From assembly GCA_002269645.1 (NCBI GenBank), contig NIVC01000744.1, positions 1 through 64,000 on the forward strand: a stretch of 64,000 nucleotides of DNA, in the 5' to 3' direction. The stretch comes from Macrostomum lignano. Taxonomy: Eukaryota. Positions within the stretch are counted from its first letter, which is position 1. Every line of letters starts with the position of its first letter. The notes below the pieces were generated by a model. That model did not search any database and was not told where the DNA came from. It saw nothing but the letters and a program-made list of their open reading frames with translations. The position numbers were made by a program, and so were the translations under genes. Positions 25,152 through 37,096 of this stretch are shown piece by piece.

Positions 25152-25368
25152 TTTTTTTCTCTAAAATAAAAAAATTTTGACGGTGACCACCCTGATAGAA
25201 AAGTTGAACTGTTTCTACATCCTATCAGTAGCGTTAGGTTTATGAAGCTGGATAAAGTGGGGTTTTAAACCTCATCACATCCGCATTATTGTAAACCCAG
25301 CATTGTGCAGTGTCATGATGGCTTTTACAATGTCAGACTTGCTTACAGAGTTTTCATGCTCACAATCA

Positions 25369-25719
25369 TCACGATCGGGCAGCCTCTCCTGCCTTAATTG
25401 TTATACCTTTGTCTCTTGCAATCTTTTGCAATTCAAGCTGGTGGGCTCTATCATTCCCAGCTTTAACAGCAGTTGCTAAACCTCCAGCTACACCACCTGC
25501 GGCACTTACAGCGCCTGCAATGATCGGAATAAGAGCTGCTAATGGTAGGATTCCTCCTGACTTTTCATCTGTGATGCTGTGTCTTTGCTCATTACACTGA
25601 ACTATTTGCTGCACGGGATCGACTTTTACTTTGGCACCTTTAATTGATATAAGACCTGGTTTCTTTGATTCAATGATTTTATTGAGTTTATTGATGGTTC
25701 TGGTTTCAATCTTTGTCAT
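25369..25719 (-). CDS. Small protein with an adenovirus pX(mu)-like hydrophobic motif
   Basis: KSGGILPLAALIPIIAGAVSAAGGVAGGLATAV closely resembles the adenovirus pX C-terminal RGGILPLLIPLIAAAIGA. Confidence 0.6.
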   Translation of the reverse strand: MTKIETRTINKLNKIIESKKPGLISIKGAKVKVDPVQQIVQCNEQRHSITDEKSGGILPLAALIPIIAGAVSAAGGVAGGLATAVKAGNDRAHQLELQKIARDKGITIKAGEAARS

Positions 25720-25735
25720 TTTTTATTTTAATATT

Positions 25736-26773
25736 TTAATTAATTTCCGTGTCAGCTGGTATCACTAGGAGTTCAGCTCTAGTGAATGACCGTGTGGGGG
25801 ATTTAGGGTTAAAGGCCTGAGATAAAAAGTAATAGTCACCGGAGTCGGAGGTAAAATGTCTGTCTATTTTATGTACATCAAGGCTGAAGTATGGATCTGT
25901 AGCTCTTCTTTTGGTGTCTTTCTCTAGCTCTCCAGGTAGATATAAAAAGCGTAGAAACTCAGAGTTTGTCAGTATATATGGTGATTCAACTCCTGGAAGC
26001 TTAGGGTAGTTCGAGGTGTGTTTTGTGTTGTGTGTGTTGTGTGGGGTTGTCGTGTTGTTGTCTGTTCTATGAGATGCCTTAAGTTCGACAGTGTCTTGCT
26101 TAATTGCATGGGATGGTTTCAATCCAGTCATGCGTGTGACTTCATTGTTCAGTTGCTCTATAACAGTGGGGAGGCGGTCTGTCCATTTTGAATAGTACTG
26201 ACCACTTTTTAGTTTCAGCTCTTCAGCTGTCTGCTTAGTGAATAGCCTCTTGGCTAGAGTTAGATTGAATCTCTCAACGTACGCTTGGTCTCTGTGCAAG
26301 TTTGTTCTGCCATAGCGAATTTTTGTGTCACACTTATGTAGGAGACTTCGTACTGCCCCATAGAATTCTTTACCTGGGTCGGTCATAAAGATTTGGGGGT
26401 ATGTGAGCGGAGAGTTTTTATAAATATCTTGGAGGGGGGCTGCAACTGCTTCTGACTTCTTCGTCTTAAGCGGTCTCGCTTCCTTATATCTGGAGGCAAC
26501 GTCTGTAATTGTAAGAGCATACTTGTAGCCTGAGTCGTTGGGGAGAAACAAAAGATCTGCTTGGTGCGCCTCGTTAGGTTTATAGATGTTAAAGTGAGGT
26601 CTTTCAAATTTTACTGGTGGGAAATAGACTTGGTAGACTGCTTGCTTAGAGAGCCATTTTTCTACTGTAGCTTTTGGTTCCTTACTCAGCTCCATGAGTT
26701 TACTAACGGCATTTTTGCCTACAAAGAATCCTTTGTCGCTGTAGTAGAGTTTTTTAAGTTTCTGATCTGTCAT
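25736..26773 (-). CDS. Retroviral-like (rve, DDE) integrase of the Polinton, apparently intact
   Basis: HQADLLFL (D), FMTDPGKEF (D), QAYVERFN (E). 345 aa with no stops. Confidence 0.92.
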   Translation of the reverse strand: MTDQKLKKLYYSDKGFFVGKNAVSKLMELSKEPKATVEKWLSKQAVYQVYFPPVKFERPHFNIYKPNEAHQADLLFLPNDSGYKYALTITDVASRYKEARPLKTKKSEAVAAPLQDIYKNSPLTYPQIFMTDPGKEFYGAVRSLLHKCDTKIRYGRTNLHRDQAYVERFNLTLAKRLFTKQTAEELKLKSGQYYSKWTDRLPTVIEQLNNEVTRMTGLKPSHAIKQDTVELKASHRTDNNTTTPHNTHNTKHTSNYPKLPGVESPYILTNSEFLRFLYLPGELEKDTKRRATDPYFSLDVHKIDRHFTSDSGDYYFLSQAFNPKSPTRSFTRAELLVIPADTEIN

Positions 26774-26803
26774 TTATTTAAAAAGAAAATTTTAAATAAA
26801 ATA

Positions 26804-27253
26804 ATGCAGTGCTCTGGTGGTAAAATAGATTCACATGGACTGATAGAAAAGCTTCCTCATCCAAACAAAGGCTGGACACTTCCCGGCTATAAATATTGCG
26901 GGCCTTTGAATCCACTTGAAATACAGTTAGATAAAAACAATAATCCACATCCTGGGCATGAGCCTGTGAACGAGCTAGACTCTGTCTGCATGTGGCACGA
27001 CGTTAAGTATAGAGATTTTCCTGAGGAGAAGAATCGCTGGGACAAAGAAATGCTCAGGAGACTCGACAATATGGGGATTTCAAGCGGGTGGAAGGAATCG
27101 ATCGCTCGGAAATTAGTCAAGGCGGTTATTTTTGGTAAGAAAAAGCTGGGGTTGGGGGTCAGCGGTTGTTTGGGGGCGGGCTTTGTGTTGCACACGCCAA
27201 GTAAAGAATTAGGAAGACTGCTGAAAGAGCTGGGGGTTGAGAGAGCAGAATGA
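26804..27253 (+). CDS. Parvovirus VP1u-type phospholipase A2 (PLA2X-like), 149 aa
   Basis: WTLPGYKYCGPLN (Ca-binding loop YxGxx) and PVNELDSVCMWHDVKY (catalytic HD). ATG at 26804. Confidence 0.85.
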   Translation: MQCSGGKIDSHGLIEKLPHPNKGWTLPGYKYCGPLNPLEIQLDKNNNPHPGHEPVNELDSVCMWHDVKYRDFPEEKNRWDKEMLRRLDNMGISSGWKESIARKLVKAVIFGKKKLGLGVSGCLGAGFVLHTPSKELGRLLKELGVERAE

Positions 27254-27624
27254 TTCAAGCAAGAAAATTCAGCTGGATTAGCGGCTGTTTGGGAGAAGAG
27301 TTAAGTTTTCTGGCCTTCTGGCCTTCGCTTCTCTTCTCTCCACACAAGTGTACAGTCTTGAGCACACTGGTTTCGGTTACAATCTCTCTTTCCACCATGC
27401 TTCTCCTGGGGGGGGGGGGGTGGGGGTTGTATTACATGCTTCTAATAAAGAAATAGGCAGACTGCTGAAAGAAATAGGAGAAATTTGTTTCTAGCGGACG
27501 CTCGAACTCGCATCGTATCTTCGTAAGTAAATCCTGACTTACTTTAAACCATTTTCTGTAACTTTCAGTTGCTTTTTTAATTCTAAACTATTTAAAACAA
27601 TCTACTTATATATTTGTAGAAAAA

Positions 27625-28401
27625 ATGTTCAATGCAACTACAGCCAGAATCACCATGCAAGATCTCACAGGTTTTATCGATTCCATCGATCAATTTATTG
27701 TTGAGGAGCATAAAGATGACGTTAAAGACATGGTTCGAGAACTCTGGGAAAGATTATCTGAAGATGAAGAAAGGCATCTGCGAGTCAGTGAAGAAATGAA
27801 AATACGGAAGATGAAGGAAAGAGCCACGGATGTATTCCATAAACTTAGAAGTTCGCTTCAATATGAGAACGAGCAAGCGGCTCAGGCAGAGGTAATTAGT
27901 GAGGGGGAGTTAGAAGCAATCTGCAACGACATCACAAACCGAGGTCCTGTTGACAATGGGGTGCCGGAACTGCATGAAAACCTGGTTAAGCAGGGCCAAA
28001 TTTACAACCGGCGAACTTGGGTGGCAGCATTTTTTCTTGGAAAAGTGTATGACCAATTTATTACGAGGCATCAGCAGACATTAACAAGCCTGGCGGAACT
28101 GTTCAGCGTGAGTTACTACCACGTGCAATCCCGCCATAACATCTATACTCTGGTGACCGAGCTTCCACGGCTCCGCTTTTGCTCTGTTTCGGCTACATTC
28201 CTGCATGACAACTCTAGGACGATTCGGAGCGAAAGGTGGTGGCAAACGGATGCAGCAGATTGGCTAGATCCGACTCCCCCAACAAGACCTCCATCGGCGG
28301 CTGAACTTCAGGGCCTTCTCGATGATTACTGTGAGTTATCTCAATGTGAAATGAAGGAAAAACTGTGTGTATTATTGGCCCACCCAATATGTGTGAAATG
28401 A
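27625..28401 (+). CDS. Uncharacterised Polinton ORF (258 aa), possible helix-turn-helix; C-terminus runs into a tandem repeat
   Basis: Long intronless ORF preceded by the AAAAA-ATG context shared by the element's other genes. TLTSLAELFSVSYYHVQSR looks HTH-like (inference). Confidence 0.5.
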   Translation: MFNATTARITMQDLTGFIDSIDQFIVEEHKDDVKDMVRELWERLSEDEERHLRVSEEMKIRKMKERATDVFHKLRSSLQYENEQAAQAEVISEGELEAICNDITNRGPVDNGVPELHENLVKQGQIYNRRTWVAAFFLGKVYDQFITRHQQTLTSLAELFSVSYYHVQSRHNIYTLVTELPRLRFCSVSATFLHDNSRTIRSERWWQTDAADWLDPTPPTRPPSAAELQGLLDDYCELSQCEMKEKLCVLLAHPICVK

Positions 28402-28885
28402 AGGAAAAAACCGTGTGTATTATTGGCCCACCCAATATGTGTGAAATGAAGGAAAAAACCGTGTGTATTATTGGCCCACCCAATATGTGTGAAATGAAGG
28501 AAAAAACCGTGTGTATTATTGGCCCACCAAATATGTGTGTCTTGTGCTAAAAATAGCCAGAGCTTGCTGTGTAAAAAAGCGTACGCGACAGTGTGGAATG
28601 TGAAACGTGGGGGGGGGGAGATTTTCTCAACTGTAGCTGGACCAATATGTGAGGTGGTGGAAAAACCGTGTGTATTATTGGTAGAACCAATATGTGTGGG
28701 ACAATGGAAAAACCGTGTGTATTATTGGTAGCACCAATATGTGTGGGACAATGAAAAAACCGTGTGTATTATTGGTAGAACCAATATGTGTGGGACAATG
28801 GAAAAACCGTGTGTATTATTGGTAGAACCAATATGTGTGGGACAATGGAAAAACCGTGTGTATTATTGGTAGAACCAATATGTGT
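28345..28885. repeat. 47-48-bp subterminal tandem repeats (two related subfamilies)
   Basis: CCAATATGTGTGAAATGAAGGAAAAAACCGTGTGTATTATTGGCCCA x~4, then CCAATATGTGTGGGACAATGGAAAAACCGTGTGTATTATTGGTAGAA x~4. Confidence 0.9.
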
Positions 28886-29169
28886 ACTGCGCTCTCCCCA
28901 CTGCCTCTCTTTTATAAAAATATAGTACTAATGTGAATACTACCACTCAACTTTTTGCTGCAGATGATGAAGCTGGCCAGCCTGCTGGTGTTGGAGACGG
29001 TCAAGCAGCTATGGATGACTGAGCTCTTTTGAACAACTGAGCATTGATATCATGGACTTAAAGTCGCTAATCTAAATACACTATGGTTGTAATTTTTAAG
29101 CCTCTTCTAACTTCAAAGCCTGCTTATTAAAATAAATGATAATTGAATCAACATATTCCGTTTTTTTTG

Positions 29170-29670
29170 CTAATTGACGAAGCTTCGTAAACTCTTTAAT
29201 GAAAAAGCAGAAAATGCTAAAATATATTTTTAACCTATACTGCTAGTAAAAGTATTAGTTCAGAGTGAAAATTCTAAGCGACAGAAAATTTCAACTTACG
29301 AAGCTTCGTAAACTCTTTAATGAGATAGCAGAAAATGCTAAAATATATTTTTAACCTACTGCTAGTAGAAGTAGTAGTTCAGAGTTAAAATTTTAAGCGA
29401 CAGAAAATTTCGATTTACGAAGCATTGTAAACTCTTAAATGAAAAAGCATAAAATGCTAAAAAATATTTTTAACCTACTGCTACTGGAAGTAGTAGTTCA
29501 GAGTGAAAATTTTAAGCGACAGAAAATTTCAATTTATGAAGCATTGTAAACTCCTAAATAAAAAAGCATAAAATGCTAAAATATATTTTTAACCTACTGC
29601 TACTGGAAGTAGTAGTTCAGAATGAATATTTTTAGCGACAGAAAATTTCAATTTACGAAGCTTCGTAAGC
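29170..29670. repeat. ~120-bp subterminal tandem repeat x4
   Basis: ACGAAGC(T/A)T..GTAAACTC..AAATGCTAAAATATATTTTTAACCTACTGCT recurs at ~120-bp spacing. Confidence 0.85.
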
Positions 29671-29738
29671 ATATAAAAGACAATCAAGATTCAGAAAAAA
29701 TTTAGATTTTTTCAAAGGGTAAGGACCCTGCGCTGATG

Positions 29739-30155
29739 ATTTAAAGTCCTTGGGATCTGGTAGCACGTTGCAAATTGAATGTGGGGAGAAGAATGCAGAT
29801 TGTTTTCTGATTGTTTCGAAGATGCTATGGGTGGATGTCGGTGTCAGTGAGCATAACAGGTGTCCTACTGTTATGCTCTGATTCTGTCAGGGATAATGCT
29901 CTGATTCTGTCAGGGATAATATGGATGGATTTAAAAGGATTATGGAGGACGTTTTGTGAGCAAGTGCGACCCCCCTTTTTTTCTGATTCTGTCAGGGATA
30001 ATATGGATGGATTTAGGTGGATTATGGAGGACGTTTTCGGAGCGAGTGCGACCCCCCTTTTTTTCTGATTCTGTCAGGGATAATATGGATGGATTTAGGT
30101 GGATTATGGAGGAGGTGAAAAATTTTGTCCCAGAAGCCCCCTCATGCCTTCTACT
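29739..30155 (-). repeat. Right terminal inverted repeat of the Polinton
   Basis: Mirror of 17689-18105. The ORF track shows identical 85-aa translations at 17776-18033(-) and 29811-30068(+). Confidence 0.95.
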
Positions 30156-30876
30156 GGGTAACTCCAGTGTCTGGTCTTTTGTAGGTTAAACTCTATTGTA
30201 CGTTCCAATATTATTCGTTATGTCATTTGACCTTTGACCTAGCCTTTTGACATTCAACATCTGGCCCTTCTGAGCTTCGAATCTCAGAAAATATTCAGTG
30301 CATTCGAACATTGATTTCTTAGAAACTACATGCAAGCATGCAAACTTACTTAAACTCCAACGAGCATTGAAATCTCAGTTTTGAAATAAGCGTTTCACTG
30401 ATAAGCTTTTGAGCAGTCAGTTCACCGATCCAAGGCTTTTCGACACACGAACGCCTAGGTCAATGTACAGCGGGTTTTGGCCCATTTTAATATTGATTTA
30501 AGCATTTTGGACCCTTGGAGCTACTAGCAGTAGTGTCAACTGGGCTTAGGAACTGAAAAAGTTAAAATTCTGAATTCAGTACTATGAATTACACTTAGCT
30601 AATTGGGGAAAGTTTGGTCCGAGTACCCCTTGACTCGCAGTTAATCTTCCCAGTCAGAACAGAAAATATCCACCACTTGACCCACAATAGCTTAGGCACA
30701 AGCCGTCAAGAACTCTTGGGTTCATTCAACAATATTTCAAGTAGAAAAAATCTTGTCTTCGTATTCTGACACGTTCATTCTGCTGTTATTTGAGAGTTTC
30801 AGATGCATTTGTTTGTACGCAGCTTGGCATTGTTAGACTTTTCCAGTTTGCCAACAGAACTTTCACCTTCAGCCGC

Positions 30877-32045
30877 TTACATGACGAGCATCTCGATTTC
30901 TTTCAGCGAATGAAAATAGCCGTAGTAAAAATTCCAAATGATTCCCCTGGCGTTCGGGCCGCTGAATGCCGCAGCCAGGTTTTTGTACTCTCCGTTCGGG
31001 TGAGCGTTGTGGCAGCTGGCGAACCACCAGGCACCAACGTAGCTTTGGGCGCAGCTGCCTGAGTTTCCGTCGTGGTCGGCGTCCTTTGTGCTGAACTGGC
31101 AGCCGTTGTGCGCAGCCATGGAATCGCCGACTCCATCGCTGGCCGAGAATCCGGCCACGCTCAGTCGGTAGAAGTCGGACTCGGGGCCCACGTGGAAACT
31201 GGAGTACTGAGCCCAGCTCTCCGTGCCGTTCCACAGCTTCATGAGGAACCGCAGCTGCTTGGTTGAACCAGTCGATGTCAGGGTCCGAAGATTCTCCAAG
31301 CCTGCGAACGTGAGGATGTGCAAACTCAGTGCGGCGAAGAACATCATAAAAGCATTGAAAAATAAGTCCAATTTACCAATCCAGTAGTTTCTGTCGGGAC
31401 CTTCTCCGAACTCATGCTTGTACTCAGTCCAGGTGCGATAGAAGTCTACCGAACCGGACACTCTGTGCTGCACCGTGATCCAGCAGTCCGTGTTGTACGT
31501 CTGAAATGCCGAATTTGATCAGTTTCATGTTTCTTCAGTGCAAAGTGCTCCTTCGAATATCTAAAGCCATGTCCAGTCAACAGCAGCTCTGAAGAACCGT
31601 TGAGATGTTCTACCTAAAAACACTGAATTTCGTACATTATCTCTTTGGAAGAACCCTCACTTTTGGAGTCTTTCAAGCAAGCGTAATCCGTTCGGAAAAT
31701 GGATCGCCATACTTCAATCCTCATCAAGGTGCTGCTTACCCACACCAGCTCGTTGCCGTGGCCCGCATCGCGGCACTTCCTGCAGTGGCTCAGGCCCAGG
31801 CGACACCGAAACTCGGTGCACCTGCCCGAGCCGGAGTCGAACTTCACCAGCTGCACCCTGGCGTCTCGACTGGCGGCTCCGGTGCACAGGACTCTGGACC
31901 GAGCCCAGTGCGACCTGGCGACCTCGTAATCGGAGAGGCTCTCTAAGGCGGTCCGCCACTGCCGCTCAGATGGAGCAGAAGCGGATGCTGGATGCTGGAC
32001 TGCGGCCAGCAGCAGAAAGCAGGCTGTCAATCCAATGGCCAGCAT
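30877..32045 (-). CDS. Secreted fibrinogen C-terminal domain (FReD/ficolin-like) protein, 284 aa, exons 32045-31740, 31500-31377, 31301-30877
   Basis: Signal peptide. FReD motifs WITVQHRVSGSVDFYRTWTEYKHEFG, YWIGLENL, FSTKDADHD, CAQSYVGAWWFASCHNAHPNG, GIIW. GT-AG introns with phases 0 and 1, total 855 nt. Confidence 0.9.
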
Positions 32046-32489
32046 GATTCAGCAGCGCGCTAAACAGAGTAAAAAAATGATGCAGACAAAACTTCTTTTC
32101 CTACTTTCTTGCCTCCCAAGCGCCGACTCGACTAGATCGCTTTTGTCGGGCCTGTCTTCCTGTTGCTTGAATAGGAGACGTCAGTCTCTGTCGAATGACA
32201 TCTCCCTGTGGAGCGTCTCTCGCCTTCCGTGGCTTCCTCTGTTTCCCTCTGCTTTGGTTGTATGACAACTGTTTCACGAGCTATAAGCTTGAGCTCACAA
32301 TGCACTGCCCCTGTCAGACTTGCAGCTTCCGCAAAGTTTGCTACAAATTCACTAGCTTAGGGCATCTCCTTCCGGTTCGGCTTCCTTCTAAGTCCCGTTG
32401 GTAGCACTGAAACTCACACATTGTAAAGATTTTTTTCTGGTAACCCTTCTTGCAAAAAACTACAAGACTGTTTTGGCTTTGGAAGGCAG

Positions 32490-34990
<2,501 letters not shown>

Positions 34991-35723
34991 GCATCATTTT
35001 AAGAGAGTCACTGCTACTGCTTATGTGTCATTGCTCTGGACTGGAGGTGCTCTCCTCTCTCTCCCTGTCCCTCTTTCTCACTCTCTTTCTCTCCCTTCTC
35101 AAATAGCCCGATATTGAATAACGGAGGCGACTTGTCTCATCTACTGGGCCAGACCAGCGGCCTCAAAAATAGTAAGACTTCCTTTTTATTTTCAAATTCG
35201 GTTCTCAGCCTTACTGTAAAAGTGAAACTGTACTCTACTGGGTTTTTAATAATTCGATTAGAAGAAATATTCAGAACAATAGAATAAACGTTAGTACGGT
35301 GCTGGCGTAGTTTAAATACTTTTATTAATTACTTTACCTATGCGTAAATATTAGATTTCGCACTGAGTACGAACGTACGAAAGTACGCAAAACACAGGTT
35401 TGGAAGAACGACAAGTCGAAACCAACGTTTAGTCAAGTGCTAAAGCGTCAAAAAGACAAATTGTTTAAACGCTTGCTTCGCGTTTGTTTCGAAAATTCGC
35501 TCGCAATGGAAACTTCTGTCTACATTGAATATTTGAATTTTTTAGCTGTGACTAGAGGGATCTCCATACTGACAAATAGATTCAAAAACAGATTTTGAGC
35601 TCAAAGGTTGTTTTGGTCTCAAGGGAAGCCTATCAAAATGAAAGTTTCTAAAAGGTATTTCTCATTCCGCTTGGAGCTCGCACGTCTCATCAAGAGTTAG
35701 AAGTGTCTGCAGACTGCGCCTAT

Positions 35724-36430
35724 GTGCCAGAGTCTGCACACTGTCATCCCGTACACTAAGAGGTGCCAGAGTCTACACACTGTCATCCCGTACACTAAGA
35801 GGTGCCAGAGTCTGCACACTGTCATCCCGTACACTAAGAGGTGCCAGAGTCTGCACACTGTCATCCCGTACACTAAGAGGTGCCAGAGTCTACACACTGT
35901 CATCCCGTACACTAAGAGGTGCCAGAGTCTGCACACTGTCATCCCGTACACTAAGAGGTGCCAGAGTCTGCACACTGTCATCCCGTACACTAAGAGGTGC
36001 CAGAGTCTACACACTGTCATCCCGTACACTAAGAGGTGCCAGAGTCTACACACTGTCATCCCGTACACTAAGAGGTGCCAGAGTCTACACACTGTCATCC
36101 CGTACACTAAGAGGTGCCAGAGTCTACACACTGTCATCCCGTACACTAAGAGGTGCCAGAGTCTGCACACTGTCATCCCGTACACTAAGAGGTGCCAGAG
36201 TCTGCACACTGTCATCCCGTACACTAAGAGGTGCCAGAGTCTGCACACTGTCATCCCGTACACTAAGAGGTGCCAGAGTCTACACACTGTCATCCCGTAC
36301 ACTAAGAGGTGCCAGAGTCTACACACTGTCATCCCGTACACTAAGAGGTGCCAGAGTCTGCACACTGTCATCCCGTACACTAAGAGGTGCCAGAGTCTGC
36401 ACACTGTCATCCCGTACACTAAGAGGTGCC
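35724..36430. repeat. 39-bp minisatellite x~18
   Basis: GCCAGAGTCT(G/A)CACACTGTCATCCCGTACACTAAGAGGT. Confidence 0.97.
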
Positions 36431-37096
36431 ATAATCTTCAAACAGAGGTGCCAGAAAAGTTTGTTAAAAACAAGGTAGGACATGCTTTAAGAGCTTTGTG
36501 TGCATGTAGGAAAATTTGTCAGCAAATTTCAGCAAACAAAGGCGATCACTGGTCAGATAAACTCGCACTAGCACTTCGAGATTGCTCATCACCCAAGATT
36601 CCGTTTAGAACTTCGTTGATTCATCACATTTGCTCTCCGATGTCTTTTTTCGATGGCGTTTGTTTTTTGGGTAAACTCAAATTCGTTATTTTGAATCTCT
36701 GTGGCTGATTTTTTATCTTGAAAGCCAGAGTCGATATTTCTGCTGCTTTTATTGGCAGTTTGGAAAGGATTGATGTCGTACATTTTCTTACTGGTCAGCA
36801 TATCAAAAATATTCCTGTTGAGCTTCATCTTCGAAATTTTCTCGTGGGACTCGTGGGACTCGAAAAACTTCTCCGCGCACGCATAAAAGTTCTTGAAGAA
36901 CTTGTCCGCGAACGCATCGAATTCCGTGAAGAACTTGGACTTTGATGCGTCTAGCTTTCTCTTCCAAAAAGAAAATATCTTTTTAAATCGATCAAAAATA
37001 TGTTTAATGTCGAAAAACTCCATCTTGAAATTACCTGCACACTGTCCGTTGGTAGCCGGGTGGTAGGGCGCTGAAGTCACGTGCGGGATCCCGTTG

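Larger units (their letters stand above)
17689..30155. mobile_element. Polinton/Maverick (adintovirus-like) endogenous dsDNA virus, 12,467 bp, internally deleted
   Basis: 417-bp terminal inverted repeats, 5'-AGTAG...CTACT-3' ends, 6-bp flanks GGATAA/GGGTAA (TSD with one mismatch). Encodes pPolB, rve integrase, packaging ATPase and a capsid protein. AT-rich compared with host exons, and intronless. Confidence 0.95.
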
